Below are positions 1 through 12,878 of a DNA stretch of 64,000 nucleotides, piece by piece. The position numbers and the translations under genes are program-made. Numbering within the stretch: position 1 is the first letter of the stretch; each line of letters begins with the position of its first letter. Source of the DNA: an uncultured virus (IMG/VR IMGVR_UViG_3300031949_000021) (Duplodnaviria; Heunggongvirae; Uroviricota; Caudoviricetes); IMG/VR virus record IMGVR_UViG_3300031949_000021, one strand, 5' to 3'. Under the pieces are notes generated by a model. That model saw only the letters and a program-made list of their open reading frames with translations. It made no database searches and had not been told where the DNA came from.

Positions 1-1304
1 TACTGGGAAAATACTAATGCTTTAGATTCTCCAATATTGTCAATAAACTCTTTGACGTAGGCAACTTTGTATTTTGATATAATTTGCTTTAAAGTTGTCA
101 ACTTTTTTAGTTGAATTGCTGTGGAATCTCTATCCTCTTTTTTGAACTTCCCTTGAGTTTTCAAATATAAAAGATAATTATCAAAAGCTAGATTATACTC
201 CTTAATCCCTTCTTTTGGTAAATCTAATCTTATTTCAGAATAAGTTTTTTCTGGCAATTCTGAAAGAACATCTTCTTTTTTTCGGCGAATCATTATCGGT
301 TTTAATTCTTGATTCAAAGCATCGAGATTGGATGCGCCATTATCATCCCAATATGTAACAGGAGTACCATCTTTTTTTGTAAAATTAACTTGATATAAAT
401 TACAATATTTTTTTGCATACGCCCAATAGGAACCCCACTTATTTGAATCTAAAAAATTTAATAAGCTAAACCCTTCTTTCGGTCTATTTTTAAGTGGAGT
501 AGCTGTAATTAAAATCTTATGCTCTATGCGTTTAAGTTTATGAAATTCTTTAGACCTTCTGCGTTTCATACTCTTTATCCTATGAATTTCATCACCAATA
601 ATACAATCAAAATCGTGTTTTACAAGCTCTTTGGTAAAATTATGTAAGCTATCATAGCTAACAATTGTAAAATCAGCTTCTTCTATTTTATCTTTTCCCT
701 CTAATATTTTTGTTGTTCTATCTGTAAACTTTTCTACTTCCCCTTCCCAAACGTATTTTGCTCCTGCTGGACAAACTATTAATGCCTTAAATCCATGCTG
801 ATGAGCATAAGAAATAGCCTCTATCGTTTTGCCAAGTCCGGTATCGTCACACAAAAGAATTCCTTTTACTCCTGATTCTCTTGCAATGTTCATAAATTTA
901 ACTCCTGCTTTTTGAAAGGGTAGCAAGTCTAACTTCAATTTTATATCAAGTTCAACATCAAAATCATTTTGGATTTTTTCTGCTTTTTTTCCAAATTCTT
1001 TCTCATTAATCTTTTTTGCAAGAAGTTTATTATACTCTCTTTTGAAACCCTGGGAAATACTGAAGTGAGGAAATATAGACAATAACTCGTCTAATACAGG
1101 TAAATCTAAAGGAATAACCCAACACATAGAATTTGGAACCCATCTTCGACTTGATAAGGATTGAATCTTAGCAACATCATTGCTATCATATGGAAAACGT
1201 ATAGCCACCCATTTTTTACGTAACTCTATAGTGTATATAATTTTCTCTGCAAATACAGTTTCTTCTGCATTAAGAATTTCTCTATTTTTAATGAGATAAG
1301 TCAA
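1..1304 (-). CDS. SNF2-family helicase with N-terminal HARP-like domain (3' end outside window)
   Basis: Manual translation from TTG at 1304 gives RFPYD..RRW (HARP-like), LLPFQKAG, LCDDTGLGKT (Walker A), IIGDEIH (DExH), TATPLKN, IRRKKEDVLSELP. Confidence 0.9.
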   Translation of the reverse strand, partial: MTYLIKNREILNAEETVFAEKIIYTIELRKKWVAIRFPYDSNDVAKIQSLSSRRWVPNSMCWVIPLDLPVLDELLSIFPHFSISQGFKREYNKLLAKKINEKEFGKKAEKIQNDFDVELDIKLKLDLLPFQKAGVKFMNIARESGVKGILLCDDTGLGKTIEAISYAHQHGFKALIVCPAGAKYVWEGEVEKFTDRTTKILEGKDKIEEADFTIVSYDSLHNFTKELVKHDFDCIIGDEIHRIKSMKRRRSKEFHKLKRIEHKILITATPLKNRPKEGFSLLNFLDSNKWGSYWAYAKKYCNLYQVNFTKKDGTPVTYWDDNGASNLDALNQELKPIMIRRKKEDVLSELPEKTYSEIRLDLPKEGIKEYNLAFDNYLLYLKTQGKFKKEDRDSTAIQLKKLTTLKQIISKYKVAYVKEFIDNIGESKALVFSQ

Positions 1305-1338
1305 GTTTTTTCCCTCTTAATCTTCATTTTTATTTCTT

Positions 1339-4318
1339 TTATTTTTGTACAACATATTGCATAACCATAACTATACCTATAAGCCAAACGATTGCTGCAC
1401 ATATCCAGGCTAATGCTACTTTCATCCATTTACCAAAATTAAAAATAAAAAAGGAATATCTAACCATAAAACACACAGAAATTACTGCAACTAACGAGCT
1501 AGTAAATACTAAGGCTATTCCAAAAAGTAACATTTATTTCACTCCTTTATATAGGCTATATTATCTTCTTTTAACTGCTTAAAAGAATCCTTCAAAAATC
1601 ATCTTTGTTCGTTCACATCTCGAACAGGTGGCGTTTGGTTCATCTTTAAGGCCAACCATATCATTTATCATTACAAATTCATCGGGTCTAACATATTGTC
1701 CACACTTTTCACAGACTGGAACAAAAGTTGCTCTATCTTTTCCATATATAATGCGTCTCGTATTTTCATATTCATTCATTATTCCTCCAATTCCTCATGT
1801 ACAAACCACACTATCTCTGCAAGTATTCCACCCATGCAGATAAATACAAGTATTACTGCAAAAGGAATACAGATACTACAAAGAAAAGCAATTAGCGCAA
1901 TTCCAGCCATACCAATTAAAACATATAGTATTGATAGTAACCAGTTTTTCATTTGTTTCTCTTCCTTTCTAAGCTTTATAAATTGTTATTTTAAAATCCC
2001 CTTCGTTGATTTGCTAATTTATATTCCTTGTTAAATACATCAACTAATCTTTTTACTTCATCTATTATTTCAACACCTTCTTTATACTGAGCTATTAATA
2101 TTACACCATCAAATTCAAATCTCAAGCTTGCTCCCAAGTCTCTTGATATTCTAACAGCTTCTAAACAAGCATCCTCAAGATGCGCTCCCCATACAGGGGT
2201 AGCAGTAAAAGCAAATAATTTAGTTGCTTTCATTCATTATTCCCCCTTTCTTTATAAATTGTTATCTCAAAATTGCTTGCACAATACTGTTCCTCTGCAT
2301 TAAAGCAATCTATAAAATCTTTACAGGAGAGGCAGCAACCAATATGCTTGTTTCTGCCACAAGGAGTTTTTGCACAATGAACTTTAGCTTCATGTTTACA
2401 TAGAGTTTTAAAACCTACTTTATTAAATACTTTTTCCATTACTTTTCATTCCCTTTTTAATAAATTTATACATATGTACTCTTCCTTTCTTTTATTTTAG
2501 CATAATGATTAGGTCTAAGCAATAGGCTTTCTATGCTCTCATTCTTCAAATGATTTTTAACTTTTTTAACAGCTTCACATACCTCTTTATAGCTTAAACT
2601 TAACATTCGTGCTATTTCGCCGCGTGAATACCCAACGGAATAGAACAAATAAATATCTATAAGCCTAAATATTTTATTGTCCTTTATGTTAGTGTCAAAT
2701 TCTTGACTAATCAATAGTCTTGGTGGTCTCATATTATTTCTTCTCCTTAATATAAAACTTTACCTTTTTGCTATAACTACAATTATTAATAATTTCTGTA
2801 CATCTTTCTGGGCACTCACAATATCTTAGACACAAAGAACAACAAGTAGCTTCTTCTTTAGGGCATTTTATACTACATATAAAACCCTCAACTGCTTTAT
2901 AGCTTTTCATTCTGAAAACCTCCTTATATCTATTAGTATTCGATCTAATATACTTGAATCTTCTTTATTTCTTCTTTTTAGTTCCTGGTCTATGATTGTG
3001 TTGATTATTCTAAATGCTTGAAAATTTCCCTGCCTTACACAAACTTCTCCTGCTTTTATTATGTCTGTCAATGTATTCATTCTTTTCCTTTCAGATAGCC
3101 CCTATTTTATTACAACCATTTCCTCAGCAATTGCCTTAGCAAAATCCCAATAGTCTGTTAGTGATCCACTGCCTGTCTCAAATTTTGTTACCTCTTTTGT
3201 TTCTTCACAATAAATCTCAAAGTACCAAAACTGAGCTGGGCATCCTTCCACCCAAATTTTCACATTACTTTTATCAGAAATATTTACTTTTCCTACAAAA
3301 TATTTTTCATCACAACCAATTTTAAATGTTTTTAAACCTAGTTCTCTAAAAAGTTTGTGATCCGTTGAATATGTTTTTACTTCATCAAGAAAGTTCATTT
3401 TCAAGCTCCTGTTTATAGATTTTTATTTCTTTTATTCTGTTTTTTGGTATTAATAGTATATATTCCTTTTTTTCTATTGCAAAATAAGTTTCGTTTTCTG
3501 CAATTATATAAACTTCAATATATAACTCAAACTCTGTGTTAATAATAAGTTTTTTACCTTCTAAATTAAATAAGTCTATCACTTTTAACTACCTCCTTCT
3601 ATAAGGCGTAAAGCTAAACTTAAAGCTTCAGAATACCCTGTTAGATAAGCAGCTTCAACTGTTTTATTACCTTCAATAGCTGTTTCTACTACATCATAGG
3701 TTATTCCCCATGTTTTAGATATTTCGTCTATTTCTTCATTTGCTTCTTTTCGTTCATCTTTCAAATTTAATTTTGTCAAACCTAATTTTAAGTAAGTAAT
3801 TTCTTTATTACTCATTTCTTCTCCTTTTATTAACAACTTGTGCAGAATTTAATGCCTAACTTACTTAGTGATTCGATAATACAATAAGTATCTTTCTCAA
3901 GTTTCCAATAAAGCCAATGATTATTCATTACATAATCTTTAGTGTAGTTCATTATTCCTCCTCAACTTTACAACCTAACCAACATGTCCTTGTCTCCAAA
4001 TCCCAATCACACTTGCTTGCATTGCACTTATCCTCATCACCCTCAAAGAATAGATTTATCGGGCAAATTGGGTATTTTATATTATCCATTTTATACTCCT
4101 TTCAATAGAACAGTAAAAAATAATAGAAGCATACCAGAAATAACACCAAGGAAAAAACATCTGAATACTAAAGACTCATATATTTCTGGGTCATACCTTT
4201 TAAGTCTTGCTAATCTACAAACATACTGCACAAACTTTCTTGCTCGATATTCTAATCTTTCAGCCATCCAAGCTAAAACAGAATAAAAGTAATATGGTAT
4301 CTTATATCTTAATTGCAT
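1339..4318 (-). other. Cluster of small hypothetical phage ORFs, several Cys-rich or membrane-associated
   Basis: Closely packed minus-strand ORFs of 60-100 aa, most with GGAG/GAGG-type RBS. Confidence 0.7.
2466..2732 (-). CDS. Small HTH protein (sigma-70 region 4-like)
   Basis: GYSRGEIARMLSLSYKEVCEAVKKVKNHL fits a helix-turn-helix pattern. Confidence 0.55.
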   Translation of the reverse strand: MRPPRLLISQEFDTNIKDNKIFRLIDIYLFYSVGYSRGEIARMLSLSYKEVCEAVKKVKNHLKNESIESLLLRPNHYAKIKERKSTYV

Positions 4319-4319
4319 C

Positions 4320-5714
4320 TTATACCTCCAAACGTACTGGCATTAGTAGATACGAATAACTATTATCTTTTTCTACTATCAAAGCAGGATTAAGAGGAGA
4401 CATTAGTTGAATCCTTACTTCTTCTCCTTCTATTGCTTTTAGGCCATCAATTAGAAAGTCTGGATTAAAGCCTATTCTAATATTCTTGCTTTGAATAGCT
4501 TCCATAGCTACAATTTTATTTTCAGAAGTTTTCATGGCTATTTCTAATCCAACTTCTTTTCCAGCTCTTTCTTCTTCTGTAGCATATTTGCCTACAGCTA
4601 TATGCTCTTTTTCAAGTTTTGCTAAATTTTCTTGTTCCTTTTGGATGTGGCTTTCTAGTTTAGAATTTACCTCTATTATAGCTTCAACCTCTTCTGTGAT
4701 TATATTATCATCTTGTTTCGATGTTACTATTAATTGATCCCCTGTTTCAATAATTACAGAATTAGAACTATCGGAACTCTGATAATAAGAGTTACTTGGT
4801 TTTTCTAATATTACTTTTGCTCTTTCAACAGCCTTCAATAAAGCTTCTTTATCTGTTATAATATCAAGATAGTAAAATTCTGGTAAAAGCTGTTCATACT
4901 TTGGAAACTCTGCATCAATTAATCTTGATACTATTCTTGTGTTGTCCACAATAAGCACAATTCTAGCAAAATTATCTTTTTCTAGCAATTCTATACTAAT
5001 TTCTACTGTGCTATTCTTAGGTGTGATTTTTAACAATTTACTAATAGTTTCTCTTGGCACGATAACTTTAATCTCTTTATCTGTATTTATGTTATCCTTA
5101 AAAGTCTCTATTTGATCTTGTGCAAGACGAAAACTATCTGTAGCTACAAAATTCAAATGAAAATCCTTGTAAGTAAATAATACTCCATTTAATGCTGGTC
5201 TTGTTTCATCCTTACTAAGGGCTGGAAAAACTTTAGTTAGTGCTTTAATCAAATCATTAGAGTTTACTTCTGTTTGAAAATCTACTTTTTCTAATTCAAT
5301 TTTGCAAGGGAATTCTTCAGCATCTAAAGTAGAAATATGCAAAGAAGTATTCTTAGCAAAAATTCCTAAATTCCAAACATCCTCTTCTTCATTACAATAA
5401 TGTAATTCTATTTCTTCATCTTTAGGTAATGTCTTTAGGATTTTCTCAAAGGTTTTTGCATCGACCACAAAACTACTTTCTTCATAGTGTCGATAATCAC
5501 TGCTCATTACTATATTGTCTATTTCTACTTCAATTTGAATCTCTAAATCGGTAGCTCGAATTGTTACTTTGTCATCTGTAGCTTCAAATAAATAACTTCC
5601 CAAAATAGGTAAAACTGACTTTTTTGCTACTCCATGCTTAACTTTCTTGATAGCATTTTCCAGATCTTTTTTGTTTGTAGTAAAACAAACTGGGCTAATC
5701 TCTGTTTTTTCCAT
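4320..5714 (-). CDS. dnaN: DNA polymerase III beta sliding clamp with an insertion
   Basis: LPILGSYLF, RATDLEI, SKDETRPALNGV, VATDSFRLA, SRLIDAEFPKY, IGFNPDFLID, YLLMPVRL. Confidence 0.93.
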   Translation of the reverse strand: MEKTEISPVCFTTNKKDLENAIKKVKHGVAKKSVLPILGSYLFEATDDKVTIRATDLEIQIEVEIDNIVMSSDYRHYEESSFVVDAKTFEKILKTLPKDEEIELHYCNEEEDVWNLGIFAKNTSLHISTLDAEEFPCKIELEKVDFQTEVNSNDLIKALTKVFPALSKDETRPALNGVLFTYKDFHLNFVATDSFRLAQDQIETFKDNINTDKEIKVIVPRETISKLLKITPKNSTVEISIELLEKDNFARIVLIVDNTRIVSRLIDAEFPKYEQLLPEFYYLDIITDKEALLKAVERAKVILEKPSNSYYQSSDSSNSVIIETGDQLIVTSKQDDNIITEEVEAIIEVNSKLESHIQKEQENLAKLEKEHIAVGKYATEEERAGKEVGLEIAMKTSENKIVAMEAIQSKNIRIGFNPDFLIDGLKAIEGEEVRIQLMSPLNPALIVEKDNSYSYLLMPVRLEV

Positions 5715-6595
5715 TATACATCAACCTCCACAAAGTTTCCGTTTTCAATTAAATTCTCTATTTCTTTTTCTATTTTTTCAGCAGCATTTTCATCTTCTGA
5801 TCTTTCTTTTAACACATCATAGTCAATAATATCAACTTTAATGTCAGGAACATCAGAAATCACTCTTATTACACAACCACCCTCAATTTCAATAAGAACT
5901 TTACTCATTATGCTTTCTCCTTTCTACTGTTATTTCTTTTCTTCTTTTATGTCCTTCCCAATGTTGAAACAAGCTTTGTTTAAAACTTTCCGAGTATACA
6001 TACCCTACAGACGAATAATCCTCAGCCAACAAATAACAAGGATTTATTCCACGATTTACAACAAGATTATAAAATCTATTTGCCGCTCTTTTGCCATAGA
6101 CAATACCTATATCAATTTTTACATACTCGATTAGGGAAGTATGGCCATCACCTGATCTTAGTCTAGTCATTTTACACACCCCAATAGTTTATTAAATCGT
6201 CTTGTCTTTTTAAGTAAGCTATCCAAGATAATACTTCATCTTTAGTTTGATAGGGCGCATAATGGCAATAATCTGGTCTATCAAACAAATAAGTAATTTT
6301 ATTGTCATCTTCATAAATATATGTTTCTATAAGTTTACAATGCTTTTTTGCCAAAGCTATGAATTTATCTAATAAGCTGTTATTTTCGTAATCTGTTCGC
6401 CCATGTATAGCTATAAAAGGCAAGTCATATACCAAGGACCCTTGAAGTTTTGTAGGAAACGAAATACTAAAATCTGAATCTTTGTCATTAACACAAATAT
6501 AGGATAGCCCATCTTTTCGGTAGCAGTAATTTTCTTTATCTTCTTGAAACCTGTCTATTGCTATCTTATTTTTCATCTTAACTCCTTTACTACTT

Positions 6596-6623
6596 ATATC
6601 GGCACAACTTACTTAAAACTTTA
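6596..6623 (-). promoter_or_regulatory. Sigma-28-type promoter
   Basis: TAAAGTTT..GCCGATAT (TAAA-N16-GCCGATAT) just upstream of the RBS of ORF 6172-6576. Confidence 0.8.
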
Positions 6624-8518
6624 ATATTCTTGTAGTTCCCTATATTCTGCTAGTGTTACAAGATATATGGCATGATTTTTGATACACTTAACAAGCATTT
6701 TTCCACACTCTTTACAAAATAATAACTCAAAATTGTGCTGGTTTATTTGTACTATTTCTTTGCAGCTAGGGCATACCATATATGTCAACATAATAACCTC
6801 TTAAATAACTTTTCTTAATGCTTCTGCTTCTCTTTTTGTAGAACTAAAAACCCATTCATCCGCTTCATTATGAAGAATAGTGCATAGTAGCTTTTTTGGC
6901 AATCTATAGTTATTTTCTACAGCACTAAAATTAACTAGGCCACTATCTAATGCTTCTTCCAGTCTTTTCTTTGCGCTCTCATTTGATGTTTTTAACAGTT
7001 CATTAAACTTTTTTCTTGCTTGAGCTTTAGTCATTTTTACTCCTTACATCTAAATCAAACCAATAGTTATCTCCATGTTCATCACATTTTGAGATTCTAA
7101 AATCTTTTATTGCAATTAAAATAAAACCTTGATTTTGTAAATAATCTTTAACTTTTCGTATTGCGTTTTTAAGTCCTTTAGCATTTACAAAAAAATCATT
7201 ATTTATCATCTCAGTTGTAAATTTACTAGGCATTTTCTACCTCTTTACATAAAAGACAATTAGCAACAAACTCCCCTGCTTCCAAATCTTCAATATTAGT
7301 CCAACTTCCGTAGTTTGGACAACAAATCTCTTCATCTTGTAATGTGTTATAAGATGTCCAATCAATTAGGAGTTCCTTCATTATTCTTCTCCTTCAAATA
7401 TATCCCCATAATCTGTATATGGTAAATCTTCCGTATACAACCAGCTTGTTTGTACTTTTGCTTTTGGGTTTATTTTTTGCAATTCTTTTTCAATGTCGTC
7501 ATGTGCTTCTTTTTCTGAAGTTCCCCCACAAAGATTAGTTGAACCTTCATAAAAAGCTATTTCTTCTTCTGTTGTTTGATCTTCATAAGTATAGCTATCT
7601 ATCAAATCACAACTTTCAGCCATTTTTCTAACTAATTCATCTACACTAATACCTTTTACATCTACTCGAACATTGTAACTTCTTGACATTTTAGTAAACC
7701 TCCTTTATATGCTTTAGATATTCTATTGTTATTTCGTCCTTGGACATTGCGCCAGTATAAACATAATGCCAGCCACACTTACAATCTGCTTGTGCATCAT
7801 GTAACGATTTAATAAATAGCTGGTGTTTTCCAGATGTTTCATATCTAGGACATGAATTAATATAAAATCCACTGTCTTGATATGTTTTTGCTGTTATACA
7901 GTTCCTTTGATCTTTACAATCGTAGCATTGGCTTTCTTTGGGTAAGTCTTTCAGTTTCATTATTTCTCCTTTATAAAACTAGAACAGATCATAGCTTCAC
8001 ACTTATTATCCCCATATATGGGACAATAAGCACAACAAAGCGTACTCTTGCTAATTGTACACATACTGCTCTCATTACAACACTGTATATCTATATAACT
8101 CTGACAAAATCTTGTAGCTCCTTCTTGTGCTTTCTTTTTTGAAATCAAATTCATTATAGAACCTCCTTAAATTCTCCACTAATAATAAGTTTTTCTACCC
8201 AATCTTCTGCTATAACTTTTGTAGTCATCTTAAACCTCTCTTTCTATTTTTAATTTTTTACATTAAGCCTGTTCTTTTTCTAGTATCAGCTTCAAGCATA
8301 AAAAGTAGAATTATTGCGACCGTTTGAAACAAACTAATAACTTCTAGTAAACTCATTTTAAATCCTTCTCTACTTTTTCTATGTCTTGTTGCACTTTCCT
8401 TAAAAATATTAATTCTTTTTTAAGATAACCTAAAAAACAAATTGCGCAAATAAATAAAGTAATCCATGTACCAAGTAAAAAACCAATTATAAGCATATTT
8501 AAAACTCCTTTTCTTTTG

Positions 8519-8546
8519 GTATCGGCATTTTGTTTAAAAACCTTTA
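8519..8546 (-). promoter_or_regulatory. Sigma-28-type promoter
   Basis: TAAA-N16-GCCGATAC followed by an AAGGAG RBS. Confidence 0.75.
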
Positions 8547-9065
8547 GCTTTTCTTTTTATCTTCTAGCTCGTTTATTTTCTTGTCTATTTTAACAAACTC
8601 TATAACTGCAAACAAGTAAAAAACCATAACAAAGATAAACAGACAACATAAAATAATGAATATTCCTTTAATCATTTTTAAGCTCCTCAAATATTGCTTC
8701 CCATTCTAATTCTGGCAAGTCCTCTTTTTTTGTTATTTGCAAAAGTTCCTTGCATTTCTTCTTATAGCATTTTTCTACTGCAAAAGTTTCTTTGCCTTTA
8801 CAAATCTCAATTCCACATATATAAACTTGTTTATCTTTATCTTGATACATTAGAACTCCTCCACAATTACAGTAACATCTTCTCCACATTCTGGACACTC
8901 AAAAGACGAAACACCTTTTTTCACTGCTTCTGCTTCTGTATATCCTTCTACTATGTTGTTTTTTACTAATGCTTTTTGCACACATACAGAATATACGTTC
9001 ACTTCTGTTAGTTCTTTGCCACATTCTGGACAATTTTTACTCATCTTCATACTCCTTTATTTTTG

Positions 9066-9093
9066 TTATCAGCATATTCAAATCAAACCGTTA
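9066..9093 (-). promoter_or_regulatory. Sigma-28-type promoter (variant)
   Basis: TAAC-N16-GCTGATAA upstream of ORF 8850-9050. Confidence 0.6.
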
Positions 9094-9565
9094 GCTTTTT
9101 TCCAGAAAATCTTATTATATCCTTTAATCTTCTATGTCCAATTTCCCCATAGAAAGCTTCGATATCTCGTAGGCATTGTTCAAACTCCTTGCCATGGCTA
9201 GTTCCTTTGATAAGATAAATAAGCTTCTTTTTCGGTTGTTCATTTTTTGCTGTTTTTATTCCACCATACCAAATTCTTTTTGTCACAATATCGCAATATA
9301 TTGCTTCCTGCTTATTCCAAAGTTCTGCTTTGTAATATCCTTTAACTCCTTTTATATACCTAGTTTCGTGTAAGTGATGAGCTAATTCATGTAATAATGT
9401 ATCTACTTTTGCTTTTAAACTTAATTCAATCTCACATCTTCTCCATATTCCAAGAGTTCTTCTTAGTCTTGAATTTCTATAAACAGGAATAGCTCTCATT
9501 TCAAAATGGTTACAAATCTTATTTGTTTCTTTTTGCATTTGATCGTCAACTTCTTGGATTCTCAT
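9083..9565 (-). CDS. SprT-like zinc metalloprotease domain protein
   Basis: RLRRTLG, TLLHELAHH (HExxH), HGKEF. Confidence 0.7.
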   Translation of the reverse strand: MRIQEVDDQMQKETNKICNHFEMRAIPVYRNSRLRRTLGIWRRCEIELSLKAKVDTLLHELAHHLHETRYIKGVKGYYKAELWNKQEAIYCDIVTKRIWYGGIKTAKNEQPKKKLIYLIKGTSHGKEFEQCLRDIEAFYGEIGHRRLKDIIRFSGKKLTV

Positions 9566-9639
9566 TTAATAACCTCATAGTCTTTCTATGCCTTACTTTT
9601 GCCCCTTTTGGCTGTAATATGCCTTCAAATAGTTAAAAA

Positions 9640-10329
9640 TCACTTGCTTTTAATCCTTTTTCTGTGTTTAACTTTTATGTATTTCTTGACTTTTGCTAGG
9701 GAAAAATCCTCAACATTGCAAATTTTATGCTTTGCTTGATTCTTATAACTCCAGTCACAGCCGGATATAATTTCACCTATGCAATTCAAATAAACTTCTC
9801 CTTCTGTAACGCTATCATCGTCAACCTGTAGGAAATAAGGCTTGACTTCGCTACCGTTTTTTGATCTGCCCTGTTTCAAAACCATTGCATAACTAAAGGC
9901 ATAATTCTCATACTTTGCACTAGCAAACTTCAAAACAGATAATAACTCTATTTGGTCTTCGCCGTTTTCGTGGAAACCATCATTGCTCCAATTTACTTGG
10001 GATATTTCATTATCAGAACAGTAAGCATAAAGATTTATTATAGCCAAAATAAATGTGCTGTTTTTTTCCTTTGCGTTTGTGGCTATATAGAAATTCCCTA
10101 TTCCAACATTATGCTTTTTGGCAAGACTTACAATTTTATTAATCTTTTTTGGTACTAATGAAGGTTCACCCCCCGATATTGTAAGTAAATTAATATAATC
10201 TAACTTTGAAAATAAAATACCAATATGCTTTTCGTCAATATCAATATTTTGTGCGTCTCCTCGCAAACAATGAGAGCATTTCAAATTGCATTTTCTTGTA
10301 ACTTCTATTACCAAACTGTCAACATTCAT
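9640..10329 (-). CDS. Radical SAM protein
   Basis: EVTRKCNLKCSHC (CxxxCxxC), ISGGEP, IATN. Confidence 0.88.
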   Translation of the reverse strand: MNVDSLVIEVTRKCNLKCSHCLRGDAQNIDIDEKHIGILFSKLDYINLLTISGGEPSLVPKKINKIVSLAKKHNVGIGNFYIATNAKEKNSTFILAIINLYAYCSDNEISQVNWSNDGFHENGEDQIELLSVLKFASAKYENYAFSYAMVLKQGRSKNGSEVKPYFLQVDDDSVTEGEVYLNCIGEIISGCDWSYKNQAKHKICNVEDFSLAKVKKYIKVKHRKRIKSK

Positions 10330-10347
10330 TTTTTCACCTTACTTTAT

Positions 10348-10375
10348 ATATCGGCAAGTTTGATGTAAACCTTTA
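10348..10375 (-). promoter_or_regulatory. Sigma-28-type promoter
   Basis: TAAAGGTTTACATCAAACTTGCCGATAT upstream of the radical SAM gene. Confidence 0.8.
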
Positions 10376-10666
10376 GTTCTATTTTTGATATAACTTACAA
10401 TCATAGTTTGCATCTATGGTAATTCTATGCAAACAATCAAAGATAAAAACTTCTTTTGCGATTTTCTTCATTCTACCTATAGCTTTTTCTAAGTCATTTG
10501 TTTTTAGATATACCTTAAACTCTTTTTCACTAGCTCCTACATAATCTCCTTGAAGCCAATATCTTTTAAAAGCCATTTCTTACCCTTTCTTATCCTTGTT
10601 ATTCCCTGTTTTGCCCCTCTTTTACCTTCTTTTAGTCCTAATATGCTTCAATATTGTTAAAAATCA

Positions 10667-11299
10667 CTAGGCAAATACTCTTTTATTTAAAGGTACATTA
10701 TTTCTAATATAACTTTTTAGCTTCTCAATTCTTGCTTTTTCTTCTTTAACATTTGTTTTTCTTTGTGTTTCAATTTTATCATCAATAGCATTCCTAGCGT
10801 ATTCCAGTAGGCCATTATTCTCAAAATCTGTCCCATAGAATCCACCGCAAGAATCGACCGAATCTCCATCAGAATCTTCTATAGAATAAAAATAGACTTC
10901 TCCAGTCAAGAAATTATCATAAACTTCTACTTCTGATTGAAGAACATCTGTTACCCTTTTTATCAGCTTTTTTGAGACCTTTTTAACATTATATTCTTCT
11001 CTTACTCTATCTTTTGTTACATAAATATAACCTACTTGCCCGCTATCCCACCGACAAGAAAAAGGCTTTGTACTAATTGTAATGCCACTATGGTCATAAA
11101 GATACAACGGTAAAGCAATAATATTTTCTTGTTTAACAAATTCTACTAGCTCATCAGGACCACTAAAATTATGCTCATCTCCTAAATTATATCTTGAATG
11201 AAAACAAGCTATCGTTCCTAGATTATCCCATTCTCTAGGGCCTTCTGTAAGATCATCCTGTTCAATTTTGATTATATATCCTTTATATTCCTTTTTCAT
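10667..11299 (-). CDS. Conserved hypothetical phage protein
   Basis: 210-aa ORF with PREWDNLG, LPLYLYDHSG, WDSGQVG, DSCGGFYG motifs typical of a recurrent phage/mobile-element family. Confidence 0.7.
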   Translation of the reverse strand: MKKEYKGYIIKIEQDDLTEGPREWDNLGTIACFHSRYNLGDEHNFSGPDELVEFVKQENIIALPLYLYDHSGITISTKPFSCRWDSGQVGYIYVTKDRVREEYNVKKVSKKLIKRVTDVLQSEVEVYDNFLTGEVYFYSIEDSDGDSVDSCGGFYGTDFENNGLLEYARNAIDDKIETQRKTNVKEEKARIEKLKSYIRNNVPLNKRVFA

Positions 11300-11975
11300 T
11301 TTTTACCCTTTCTTAGACTATTTTATATCTAGTTTAAGCTATTTTTAGGCTTTTTCAAGCCTGATCCATGTCAATATTGTTAAAAATCAACCTAACTTAA
11401 TTCATCTTGAATATATTTTTCTGCTTCTTCTAGTGTTTCAAATTGTTGAAATTTTCCTATCGTTTCTACTTTTCCAGTTTGAACATCAAATTCTCTAACT
11501 GTAAAAAATCTCTTTGTTTGCTGAAAATTATCTTCACTTGTTATAAAATACTTTTCTTTGATTAGCTCCTTACTATGAATTTTTGATCCCCAAAATTCTA
11601 TTGCTTGCCCATCGAAAAAATGCCTGTGCTTTTTCTTGCTAATTTCTTGTACCTCTTTGAGTGATAAGCTCATTTTAACCTCCTATGATAATAGATTTCT
11701 ATTTCTTAAAAATCTCATTCCCATGAATATAGCTCTAAATAGTCTTGGTTTTTGATATGTCGGTCTATATTCTCTTCAACTTCTTTTCTTGTCGGTCCCT
11801 CATCCCTGTCAGAATGCAAATTCCAAAAGGCAAATACTTTACCGTCGCTTGTATAAGCACTTATACCATGCCCACCGAACCAAACTACAACTGAATCTAA
11901 ATTCTTGTCATACTTTACAATTTTCGCTCCATCTAATTCTTCTGCTAAATTCATTTTTATACTCCTTTTCTTTTA

Positions 11976-12003
11976 TTATCGACAAAAACCTAAAATTCCT
12001 TTA
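11976..12003 (-). promoter_or_regulatory. Sigma-28-type promoter
   Basis: TAAA-N16-GTCGATAA. Confidence 0.75.
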
Positions 12004-12850
12004 ATATCTTGTCAATTCTTTTTTGTACTTCTTCTGCAAAATCTCCAGGGTCAGGGGCAGCAGGATAATGAAAATTCAGATAGGTTTCAGCAATATTTTT
12101 TATTTGTTCAAAATAGCCCGCTATCCTATTATTTGACGCTATAAACTCTTTACTTCTCATTTCTAACCTCTTTCTAATATTTTCCTAGTTCTACTTCTTC
12201 AACAGCAATTTGTATATCATTTTCTGCAGCAAATTCTCCTAGAGTTTGATCCCCATTCTCATTATAGCCATATTCCCTCAATCTCATTTTCCTATAGGCC
12301 ACAGCTTCTACTCTTGTTTGAAAAGCCCGTACTTTTTCAATTAATAGCTCGTATGTTTCAATAACTATGTATATTTTCATCATGTTATTCTACCTCCTTC
12401 TCTTTAAGGCACTTTTCTTGGCAGTTCTTTTTGCAATAATCTATCTGTAAGCCTTTTGGATTATAACTATCAAGAAAATATTGTGTTATTTTACAATCAG
12501 CTTTTGGAAGTTCTTTATAGTTTGTTGGCAGGTTTTTTTGGGTTTCTTTATCGAACATTTTTAAGCTCCTTTTGGTAGAAGGTATGTTGTTATTCTAACC
12601 CAAAGCTTTTGGCCTGTTTCATGTCCCTGTATGTCGCCATACCGATAGGCCCTGCCTGCCATTACTTCAACTCTTATGCTGTTCTTTTGTACTTTGTATC
12701 TATATTCTTTACCTTCTTTTGATGTTTTATGTAGATGGCCGTAGGAATTCTCCTTCCAGCCTTTTTCTTTTAAAATTTCCTTCCAGTTCGCTTTTATTCT
12801 AGGTGTCTTTGTTTTTACCATTTTTTATCCCTTCTTAGCTTTCAATACTA

Positions 12851-12878
12851 TTATCGGCAAGTTCAAGAAAAAACTTTA
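12851..12878 (-). promoter_or_regulatory. Sigma-28-type promoter (consensus boxes)
   Basis: TAAAGTTTTTTCTTGAACTTGCCGATAA. Confidence 0.85.

Larger units (their letters stand above)
5714..9050 (-). other. Cluster of small hypothetical early ORFs
   Basis: Tandem short ORFs with RBSs and overlapping start/stop codons. Confidence 0.7.
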
